Shown here: piece by piece, positions 10,395 to 19,852 of the stretch
How the letters are laid out: each line of letters opens with the position of its first letter
Position numbering within the stretch: the first letter of the stretch is position 1
Assembly: GCA_047495785.1 (NCBI GenBank)
Contig: JBLDXI010000029.1
Span: 1,426,001-1,490,000, forward strand
Source: Lepidodermella squamata
Taxonomy: Eukaryota > Animalia > Gastrotricha
DNA: 64,000 nt
Direction: 5' to 3'
The notes under the pieces: model-generated
What the model saw: only the letters and a program-made list of their open reading frames with translations
The model's database searches: none
Told to the model about the DNA's origin: nothing
Program-made: the position numbers and the translations under genes

Positions 10395-11964
10395 TCAGCG
10401 TGCAAAGATCCTGATAAAGTCTTTCGCGAATAAGGAGAAGTCGAGTCTAAGAAGTTGTAGATGACAGGACTGAATTCCTTCGGTAGCCGTAATTGGGTGC
10501 AGAGGTTGATTTCGGACACAATTTTCGAGGCTAATTAAAAAACGTGCAGTTGCGTATGTCCAAAATGAAATTAACTTCTACTCAAGTTGTGCATTTCATC
10601 CATTGCGCATACGCCGCAAAAATCACGTTCTGGCTCTCAGCAGGTCACAATAATCAGCTGGCGACTTACTGTTAGATTGCTGAACGAGTTCTAGTTGTTT
10701 GAAGGCTCGGAATTTGACCACATTTGACCACAGATTTTTCAGATTTCAGGACCGAAAGCAATTCACGGCAGGGTGCGATCGTGGATCCTGGAGCTACCAA
10801 GGGGTGGAAAAAATGTCTGCTGTATTTGCCAAAATGAAGAGTCTTTCCAAATAAAAAGCGGGCGGAAACAGGAAATTTTGAAGAGTGGCCACTAAAACAC
10901 GCTCCGAAACCTCTCAAAATTAATGAAACAGTGAGAAAGATTTGGCCGGGCCGGGCCAGACAACAAATGTTCGGCTGTACAAGCTGTACAGGAATAAGAT
11001 GTTTTCCAAGGTCTATCCAATGGTATAAGATTCATTTCATTTTAAAAACGCCTTATAATTGCCGTAATAATTGGAAATGGAAAGACATTTTATTGTGTTA
11101 CACTCATAAGATGAACCAGCCATAGGAATACTTTTACTATCATTTCTTGTTCGCATTCGACCATAATTATATAAAGCTGTTTGCAACGTTCAGAAGCATG
11201 ATTATTGATACATGATGTCGTACTTGTAACTAGGCGCATAATATTGACATTGAGAGTTTTTGAGAGATACCCCGTGATGGATCCAAGTCATCGATTCCTG
11301 AAAAACATTTTACGACTCAAGCTTTCATAAATTCGGCACAGATAACTCAAAAGTTCCGCAAAATCATTTCGGATCGCGACTGTTTTGGATGAGACATTCT
11401 CTGTGGGCGTCAAGTCGAGTTTCCCTGTTGACGGCACGTTATTGACCTAATTCCGAGCTAAGAAAGAACGATTTCTGATAAAGCCTTTTTACAGGATGAT
11501 GACATCAAACCTCAAATCCTGTAAAATGCCATTTTAAAAAAATGAGAATATTAAATAAAAATTTCGGACAGATTTCCTCTCCAACCCCATTCTAGCAAAA
11601 ATTTGAGCGAAGTTTACCTATCGACTAGACCTATCAACTGGTGAAATTTCCTCATGGCTATGAAGATAATGCGATGAACATTTTTTCACGGATACGTTAT
11701 GTTGAGCGATATTTCATTACAGCAAACTCAAGCTGGAAATCTTGTCCAGTTTAAACCTTTAAACCTTACAACGATCCTCCAAGTGATTCTTGAGATTTTT
11801 GTAAGGCTATAATCATCTTGAAGTTCAGGTATGAAATTTTGGCTGTAAACTGAATTTATTCAATCAAAGCCGTCTATATTTAATAAATAAATTTAATAAG
11901 TAAGAGCGTTGCAGTAACTAAATTAGCGTTTTAGCAGATACATAAGATTGTTTTCCACTTTAAA

Positions 11965-14226
11965 CTAGAAGCCAGCTTCAGAACTATTCAGTTTGCTGCT
12001 CCAATTTGACCGGATGTGTAGAAAGCTGTTGGCCGCAATGATAATAAGCATTATCAAGGATAAAATGATGTCGTAGCTGAAGTTGGGCGCCAAAATGTAC
12101 CCGATAACGACAGCAGCTATGAAAAGAGAAGAAGTTAACAAACCGGACAGTTTCGCTGCTTTCATTTCTGGGTACCTTGCCGCAAACCGCTGATTTGCTC
12201 GCATTTTCAGAACGCTAACGATTATTAACGCTATAACAAGCGAATGCAGAGTTATCAGAGCACTAAGCCATTTGCCTATCCATTTCGATGAGCATGTAGT
12301 CACCTCTTCATAAACGTAGGTATCCAACTCTGCGACGTACAGCCCAGGCAATCTCAGAGATGTGTGACAATAAACGGGGTCCATGATTAGCCACATCAGG
12401 GCGACTAAGAAATTCGCCAAGGCGAAAACAGACGTAGTCAAAATATCCAATTTGATTTTGACTTTAAACTGCACATGAACGGTTTTCGAAGCTGAGGAAC
12501 TGTAGCTACTTGTACTTACTGGATACGTTCGCCGGCTTTTGGAGCTTAAACTATTCAAGAATACGTTCATTTGTGTTAATCTTGATAGGGTGCCTCCTGA
12601 TAGAAATGAAACCCCAATAGCCGTAGAAATAAATGTCAGAATGCAATCGGAGTTTGTTCGCATTCTAGCTTCCGTCGAGATCAAACAGGCCGATAAAGCC
12701 AGAAATATGCAACTTGAAACCTGGTTGAAATGACTCCAGTCGACATAAACTCCCTCTTTCTTTACGACTATCATGGTTTTCATGTTAAGAAGAATTTCGC
12801 AACTTGAAATAACAGCGACGATGATAAACCAGGCCAGTGGTACTTGCTGTGTTATCAAGCTTGAGCTTGGTGAGTCAGTTGGCATATCTTTACGACTCAT
12901 GGCATTCAACTCGACAAAACTAAAAGATCTCGGATCTGTTATATTGGTAGCATTTTGTTGGAGGGATGAGCGATATCTGACCACCAAGCCTTTACCTCGA
13001 TGCCAGTTCATTATCACCTGAGGCTCGTAATCCCACTCTAACCGCTTCGAGTAGCGAAAACTTCCGTATCTCAGTCCCCTGAAATCGACCCGACTTGCTG
13101 AAAAATTCGCTATTTTCATAACAAGTTCCGGTTGTTTCGCATAGTCGCGAAGGGTCAAGTTCATAAGTTTTAGCTGTCGCTCAGTTTCATTAAGGACGAC
13201 GAGGCTCTCTAGAGCAGCGTCATAGCAAGAATATTGAAAAACATCCCCTTCTCGTGGAGCGATTCCAGATCGTTGGAGCATCATCTCATCGAACGATGCC
13301 AAACTATTTCCGAGCTCATCAAAGCCAGAAGAAGTCGTTGGATTAGTAGCTCCAATTAACAGTAATGACTGTAGTTGCTCAAGATAGATGCTTTGGTTGC
13401 AACCTGGCGGATACAACTCGTCAGGCTTAGGTTCTAGAAATGCTATCGCCGACGCTAAGAACATGTACCTAGACCCACTGAGTCCGTTTCTATGCGCCAT
13501 GCAAAGAAAATTAAGAGTCAGCCTGCCATCGGCTCCTTCAACCGTGAATATCCGAATTTCTTCCCGTTTAAAGGATAACATCTTCTCATCAGAAATATCA
13601 ATGAATGCTTCAAATCGTTGAACCTTAATTCCTGCGGCCACGGCAATGTCATAGAAGAATATCCCCGTTTCAACGGAGAGACTGTTAGCCAAATCCATGA
13701 CTATGGCTAGTTTGCGCCAAGGAGTGAGTCTCTTGATGAAATGAAGGCGAACAATCAGACCAAGTTCAGCTGGACCTCGAACACGGTACATATTCGGGTA
13801 CAGATTTCGTTTAGCTGTTTGAACTGGAGATGTGCAGGATCCTGCGATCATCACCATGTTCATATAATGAGCGATCGAACCCCAAGCCTTGCAACCGGGC
13901 GTTGCAATAGAACCAACCGTAATCGGGGCAATGTAGCTGCTATTCTGTCCTGAATAAGGTAGCTTTTCCCGGAGAAAATTCACACCGGCCGCGGCCGCCC
14001 TGGCGGTTTGAGGATCGTCGTCTCGTATGTCGAAGTCGATTTGGTATCCAGGGAGTAGATTTTGCGAGTTTGCCACTTCGCCAACATATTTCACTGCCAA
14101 GCGACACCTTTCGAAAGTCGGGGGATATTGTGCTAAAATTACCAACCGGTCAAGAACCGCAGCGGCAGTGAATTCGAAAACAATTAGTAGCAAAAAGGAC
14201 AATCGCAGATTCTGTAATGCTAGCAT
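11965..14226 (-). CDS. Class C (GABA-B-like) GPCR, subfamily A, intronless
   Basis: 753 aa with the same architecture (NLLPGY, GCKAWG, YPNMYRV, CYDAALE, 7TM with WLIMDP). Confidence 0.9.
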   Translation of the reverse strand: MLALQNLRLSFLLLIVFEFTAAAVLDRLVILAQYPPTFERCRLAVKYVGEVANSQNLLPGYQIDFDIRDDDPQTARAAAAGVNFLREKLPYSGQNSSYIAPITVGSIATPGCKAWGSIAHYMNMVMIAGSCTSPVQTAKRNLYPNMYRVRGPAELGLIVRLHFIKRLTPWRKLAIVMDLANSLSVETGIFFYDIAVAAGIKVQRFEAFIDISDEKMLSFKREEIRIFTVEGADGRLTLNFLCMAHRNGLSGSRYMFLASAIAFLEPKPDELYPPGCNQSIYLEQLQSLLLIGATNPTTSSGFDELGNSLASFDEMMLQRSGIAPREGDVFQYSCYDAALESLVVLNETERQLKLMNLTLRDYAKQPELVMKIANFSASRVDFRGLRYGSFRYSKRLEWDYEPQVIMNWHRGKGLVVRYRSSLQQNATNITDPRSFSFVELNAMSRKDMPTDSPSSSLITQQVPLAWFIIVAVISSCEILLNMKTMIVVKKEGVYVDWSHFNQVSSCIFLALSACLISTEARMRTNSDCILTFISTAIGVSFLSGGTLSRLTQMNVFLNSLSSKSRRTYPVSTSSYSSSASKTVHVQFKVKIKLDILTTSVFALANFLVALMWLIMDPVYCHTSLRLPGLYVAELDTYVYEEVTTCSSKWIGKWLSALITLHSLVIALIIVSVLKMRANQRFAARYPEMKAAKLSGLLTSSLFIAAVVIGYILAPNFSYDIILSLIMLIIIAANSFLHIRSNWSSKLNSSEAGF

Positions 14227-14673
14227 ATTCGCTCAAGATTTGCGGAGTGAAAGAAGCCGTCCTTAATTCGTCAGCTCTTAAATTTGATTTGCTCGGAGCG
14301 TCTGTTCGAGGCTAATTCTCAATTTGCCAAAGCGTGGTTTACGGGCGGAATGCTCAAGCGCGTGGAGGGCAGAATTTTCCAAAGGAACAGCACGACTTCA
14401 TGTATATAATTGGCTGGAAGCGTGTGTTGGAAATCAAGCTACGCCACTATATAGTTCTGATTATCCAAGGAATGTAGCAGGTAGAGCTTTTCATTGACCT
14501 CAGGCAGAAATTTAGTGATTAACACTCATCTGCTACTGAGTTCATGCTTTTCAATTTTCAACCCACTCATCAAAAAACTTTAGTTCGAAACTCCAGAATT
14601 TATTGTTTATTTGCCAACTAAAACGGATAATCAATTTTTGCGGACAAGGGAGAGAATTCCAACGGTTACAAAA

Positions 14674-15927
14674 CTACTTCAAATCAGCGAACCGAACTAG
14701 TTTTATCAGTTTCGTCACTTCAAATCTACGCTGGAGCAGTCGAGTAAATTCAATAGGAAGAGATTGAACCAGATTCCCAAGCACCATTGAAGTTGCAGCG
14801 AGAGCCAAACATTTCTCCTTCTGAAGATCTGTCTCACAGTCGAGAATTTGAAACAGATTCAATAAGATGAAACCGTATTCGCGCCGCGTAATGATGGTGC
14901 GAATGCTTGCTTTCGAAAGCAGGCCAGTTTTCGGGTGGCTCATCGCAGCGACGGCAATCAGTAAGTTGCAAGTATTACGCAGGTCGTAGGTCAGGTGAGC
15001 ATCGCGTTGCCCGACTCTTTCAATAATAACCCTAAAAATTCTCTTCGAAGCTGCTGACTCATGAAGTAACTTTCGGGTTTCGTTGACCTTGCAAACCTCT
15101 TTCAGTGCCATAGCGACCAAACGAATGACAAGATTGTCAACTCCAGATGGAACTCGACCGCCAACCTCGAATTCAACAGCTTCACGGGGCCGGTCAGCTG
15201 CAATGAATTGGATAAGGAATTCGACCATATCAGAACGTCCTATCGCTTCGATAAATTCAAGAGGGGTAATGCTCCCGAGGTAGAAAGACTTCGGCTTGAT
15301 AGCATTACTAATCGAAGCAGCGGCCATGAGAACATAAATCACCTCCATAGTTTCCTTCGGCCCATGAGCGAAAAATGTTCTCAAAAATTCGTCGAAGAAT
15401 ACCTTGACGAAGTCGGCGTCAGACGTCAGAATTTTGTAGGAATTTCGAAAAACAGGCCAGTCGACGCAGATACTTTTGGCGTAGAAGTGAATCAGAAACG
15501 CCCCGACGCAGTAAAGTTTGTGGTCTTGTGGCACCTTGCTCATGTAATAAGTCAATTTTCTGCCGTAATAAGCATAAAATCCGGGAATCGATAGCAGGTA
15601 TTTACCAATCAAGTCGTAGCGCTTAGATTCAACCAAAGTTTTCAGGATCGGTGACGTCACTCTTCTGTCAACCGCGAGAACTTTATCAGTATCGAAGCCT
15701 TTCATGCCGATTTTGTCGCGCATCTCCATAGCATGCGAGAAGACGAAGTTATCGAGCATGATAATCTCGCGGATTTCTTCATGCCAGCTGCTTATCTCGA
15801 GTGTATTGTTGAACAATTTGCTGGGGTCAAACCTTCTCAACTGGAAATATTGCCACTTCATGATGTCTTCCATAGTTGGCGGAGGTTCGTTTTTATTTCT
15901 GTGGACAGATCTCAAAAGAGCATTCAT
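14674..15927 (-). CDS. Unknown protein, 'RYDL(I/L)G' family, intact
   Basis: Long open frame (14674..15972; first ATG at 15927, MNALLRS) with similarity to 17779..19065, 5483..6685 and 3473..4334; no domain recognised. Confidence 0.75.
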   Translation of the reverse strand: MNALLRSVHRNKNEPPPTMEDIMKWQYFQLRRFDPSKLFNNTLEISSWHEEIREIIMLDNFVFSHAMEMRDKIGMKGFDTDKVLAVDRRVTSPILKTLVESKRYDLIGKYLLSIPGFYAYYGRKLTYYMSKVPQDHKLYCVGAFLIHFYAKSICVDWPVFRNSYKILTSDADFVKVFFDEFLRTFFAHGPKETMEVIYVLMAAASISNAIKPKSFYLGSITPLEFIEAIGRSDMVEFLIQFIAADRPREAVEFEVGGRVPSGVDNLVIRLVAMALKEVCKVNETRKLLHESAASKRIFRVIIERVGQRDAHLTYDLRNTCNLLIAVAAMSHPKTGLLSKASIRTIITRREYGFILLNLFQILDCETDLQKEKCLALAATSMVLGNLVQSLPIEFTRLLQRRFEVTKLIKLVRFADLK

Positions 15928-16010
15928 TGTTCCGGATAGAATGTAAAATGTATATAAGCCTAAAATAAACAATTAAAATACAAATAATGATGGATATTGG
16001 CTGGTTTAAG

Positions 16011-16216
16011 ATATCGTTAGCGTCGTTGGATGGAAGAATTCGGATTTAGGCTTGTTTAAGTAGGTTACACAACTAAAGGTGACATGAATAAAGGTCATTT
16101 GTTTCACCTCTCCATTCACGCACCACGCACAAAGGCCACTTTTTGATCGTCACCGTTCACTTTGAAACAGGCATTAACAAGCCTAAACCTGAGTTATTCA
16201 ACGTCACTAACGATAT
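16011..16216. mobile_element. Short MITE (same family as 5127..5310)
   Basis: Inverted ends ATATCGTTAGCGTCGTTG...TTTAGGCTTGTT / AACAAGCCTAAA...CAACGTCACTAACGATAT. Confidence 0.65.
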
Positions 16217-16264
16217 GAATAGAATAATTAACATATAATACGGTCACTTGAGAAAATAAGCTCG

Positions 16265-17454
16265 ATTCCGGGCACATATTAGTTTCGACCTACCCACGAA
16301 CGCAGGTTGCACAATCAAAGGGCAAAAGTGGACTGACTTCTAACAATATGTTGGCCGCGCGCGCTGAGGTCAAAGGATTACCTTCGAATATCGCGGAGGT
16401 TTTTACGCTAAAAAATAATTTACTCGAATAGGTATGGGGGTTCTCGCGCGAAAACGCGAAATACGCGCGCGTTAAATTGTGTGCGCAAGTTGATATCACG
16501 CGCACTCGCCTCTCGAAAGTAAAAATGCGCCGATTCCTGCGGTGGTTTTGCGGTACTTCGGCCGGTAGATTTACGGTACTACTGCCGCGGACTAAAAATA
16601 GAAAAAATAGAAAAAGAAATTTGACTTCTACCCCGGTTGAAAGAACCAAAATTTAAGCCAAGCAAACATTACCGATAGCCGGCTAAATTCTCTTCATTCC
16701 AAATTGAATCTCATTGCGAAAGGTCGCGGTGAAATTCGCCAAAAATGGCCAAATCGCGACATTTTGGCAAACTTTCCTGTGGATTGTGGACGAACGGACC
16801 ATCCCCGGCGTTAAGGTCGGATAGTGTTGGATAGCCGGGTTGATTAGCTATAAGATACACGCGGCTCAACTTGCGCCAGCTTGAATCTCATTGCGAAATG
16901 TCGCGTTGAAAACGTTGATTTTTTATCGCATTCTGTCTTATATATTTGTTATTCGTTATTCTAAAAAAATGTATTGCTATCATAGTTGTTTACGTTTTAT
17001 TACTTATTAATGGCAGTGCTCGGCCACGTGGTCATATTATAACCTCATTCATAATGCCACTTACGCTGGAGAAATGAGTAATAATCGCGTATTGCACTCA
17101 TAATAAATGAAAATCAGGTCATTGCGGCCTCTTTTAATTTTCAACCGAAATTGTTGGCTGAAATTAAGAAGTTAAGAGGTACTTTTTCGGTAGAAATTCC
17201 GAAAAACTACGAAAATATTCGTATTAAGCGCTTTCTCGTTCCCCTTTTTCACGCGAGAAACCTAATTCGGCAGTTCAGCGAGTTGTCTGAATTATTTTTT
17301 GGTATAAATACCGCCTGAAAAATCAATAATAGTCCTTTGGCATTACCGCGCGCGACCTTGAAAAGTATACAAATGCTCGACTTAGCGCTCGCGCAATCTT
17401 TTTACTCTTCAACCGACGCTTGGGGGCCGGATGAAACTAATATAGGCTCGGAAT
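16265..17454. mobile_element. Non-autonomous TIR element
   Basis: ATTCCGGGCACATATTAGTTTCGACC versus GGATGAAACTAATATAGGCTCGGAAT; internal direct repeat TTGAATCTCATTGCGAAA (~16704 and 16881); a similar left end recurs at 30730. Confidence 0.65.
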
Positions 17455-17778
17455 TAAGCAGAAAATAAGAGGTATGAACAGGATTCATTGTGCACGCACG
17501 TCCCGTGCAGAGAACAATTGCACCTCAGTTTGTTTCTCCTGCTGCCCTATGCTGTTCGTTCGGGCTTCATGGGCATCAATCATCTACCCAGGATTTTCGT
17601 TAGAAAATCGTAAAAACCGATTAGCACACCCTAACCCGGGGTACTACCCCAATTTTTCAAAAATTTTGAAATTTTGAAATTTTAAATTGTAAAATCACGT
17701 ACCTTTGAACCTGCTTATTAGATTCATCACTCACAGCAAATTAAAATATTGCTCTCTTTTATTTGCGGAGGAGAAACA

Positions 17779-19065
17779 TTAGCGCAGTTTTATTTTCAGG
17801 ATTTTTACAAGGTTCAGTCGACGAGCGTTTTTCTTGACATTCTCAGCGGCTTCCGGCCCGTAGGATGTAATCAACCGACTGAGAACAATCGCAGACGCCA
17901 TGGCCGCAATAAGCCGCTCATCCGAAGATAAATCGACCATCAGGTGCTGTAGCTTTATCATCAGCATATCAAACCCATCCGATCCTATGCCGATCATCAC
18001 CTCCTTGGGACTCAGTGGACTTTTAGTTTTGTCGATGAGAGATCCTAGAATCAGTAGCAAATTCGAGGTTAGATTCAAATTCTTCGTTAAACTTGAGTCG
18101 ATAAGGATCGTCGAGACCACGTTCAGTAGCTCTCTAGGAGACTTGGAGCACATCAACTGAACCGAATCGGATTGGGATTTTGTCGCTTGCCTGATCGCAA
18201 GGGCAAGAACTCGAGCGATGTTGTTGCTAGCTTCTCGATAGGCAGGCCCCAATTTCGGACTATCAACCTTTTCAATGCGCTCGCCGGATAGAAAAGAAGA
18301 CAGGATCGGCTTGTTGTGCGATGAGGTAACGCTTTCCATGAATTGTCGTGCTGTGAATTTGCCCATCATGAAAAATTTCGGCGAGCTGATTGCCGAAAAA
18401 TTAGCCGTAGCCATCAGAGTCGCTTCAACAGGTATGCCGGGGACGAAGTCATCCTGCAATACCAAGGAGGCAAATTCGAAGAAAGGATTTGTGAAAATTC
18501 GATCCTTGGCCAACTTTTCATAGCTTGGCCCGTAATCCGGATGTCTAATAGACAGACTGTTGGCAATCAAAGATGCTATCCAAGCGTAACTTTTGAGACC
18601 TTCGCCATGTTTTTTGACCACCTTGGCTAGGAATAACAGCTTCTTTGCATAGTGTGTGTAGAACATCGGAAAGGAAATGAAGTAACGACCGATCAAGTCG
18701 TATCGGTCAGCAGCGACAAGCTTCTCAAAAATTCGGCTGAAAATCAGGAGATCGACCGGTGTTCGCATGAGCTTTTCGAATGTTTCGTAACCCACACTTC
18801 GAACTGTAGCAATTGTTGAGAAAATCATCCTATCTCTTGCGATAATGCCGTCGAACATCAGCGCCCTCCAAGCTTTAGGGTCCATTGTACCATTGAGAAC
18901 GGCCGAGACTGTTTCGTCTTTGTTGATTGTTTTGAAATCGCGTTCGCTATCTGCCATTTGGCTGGCGGTCATAGGCTGGCTTCGATCACCGATTTCACGG
19001 GCAACTTCTTTGTGCATGTAACGCAAAACTTCGTCCAGACCCTCGTCATCGATGTCCGAATCCAT
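17779..19065 (-). CDS. Unknown protein, 'RYDL(I/L)G' family, intact
   Basis: 428 aa ATG-initiated ORF; motifs AVLNGTM, YETFEKL, DRYDLIGRYF and NLNLTSNLLL are shared with neighbouring family members. Confidence 0.8.
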   Translation of the reverse strand: MDSDIDDEGLDEVLRYMHKEVAREIGDRSQPMTASQMADSERDFKTINKDETVSAVLNGTMDPKAWRALMFDGIIARDRMIFSTIATVRSVGYETFEKLMRTPVDLLIFSRIFEKLVAADRYDLIGRYFISFPMFYTHYAKKLLFLAKVVKKHGEGLKSYAWIASLIANSLSIRHPDYGPSYEKLAKDRIFTNPFFEFASLVLQDDFVPGIPVEATLMATANFSAISSPKFFMMGKFTARQFMESVTSSHNKPILSSFLSGERIEKVDSPKLGPAYREASNNIARVLALAIRQATKSQSDSVQLMCSKSPRELLNVVSTILIDSSLTKNLNLTSNLLLILGSLIDKTKSPLSPKEVMIGIGSDGFDMLMIKLQHLMVDLSSDERLIAAMASAIVLSRLITSYGPEAAENVKKNARRLNLVKILKIKLR

Positions 19066-19852
19066 GGCGTTTTGTAAAACAAACGAAGAAGTCTAAATAG
19101 ATACAACCTTAGAAACCCCAGAAATAGTAATATTAGGCTGGTGTCGTATGACTAAAATCAATCTTTTTGCTTGGAGAATGAAAAGCACTGCTAGTGTGGC
19201 CGGAAATAGTTTGTTTTAGATAGAAAGGGCGATTGAATGCGGCGAGAATTACTCTCAGAATCATAAGTATTTACTACTACTCTATTGAGTAGATATGAAA
19301 AGAAAAAATTGTAACAAGCACGTGCGCGGTTCCAAGTCATTCACATTATTTCATAACGTTATTTTTCCTCACACAAACTCTTTGAGGCCAGATGAGGAAT
19401 TCTGCAAAATTCTCAGTGGACGAAACCGAAACACGCTGGAGGTGACATCTGGGGATTTCATCAGTCGGGAAAGAGACGAGAGGCGCTCAGCTCAAGAAGT
19501 GGTGTTGCCACCGTCAGCACTAGGACGCAGAAGAGACAAACAACAGTTCTAGTTGGGCAAGCGATAGCAATTCGGGATCAGCGGGTTGAATTCTGTATTA
19601 ATTGATGAAAGCATTAAAGGAAACACTAATTTCAATTTTCCTAATATTTAACTACCCCGTGGTGCCATGTAAACCACTGAAAATGTTGAGGCCCATCATA
19701 TACCAATATTAGGAGCCAGATGATGCTCAAGAAGAATTTGATGACACAAACGATGCAAAGGACGCATAACATTTTATTCGGATGAGATAGAAAGGATCAT
19801 TCAGTGTTCACAGAATATTTTCGCCTATCGAAATCATGAATAAGTGCCCATC

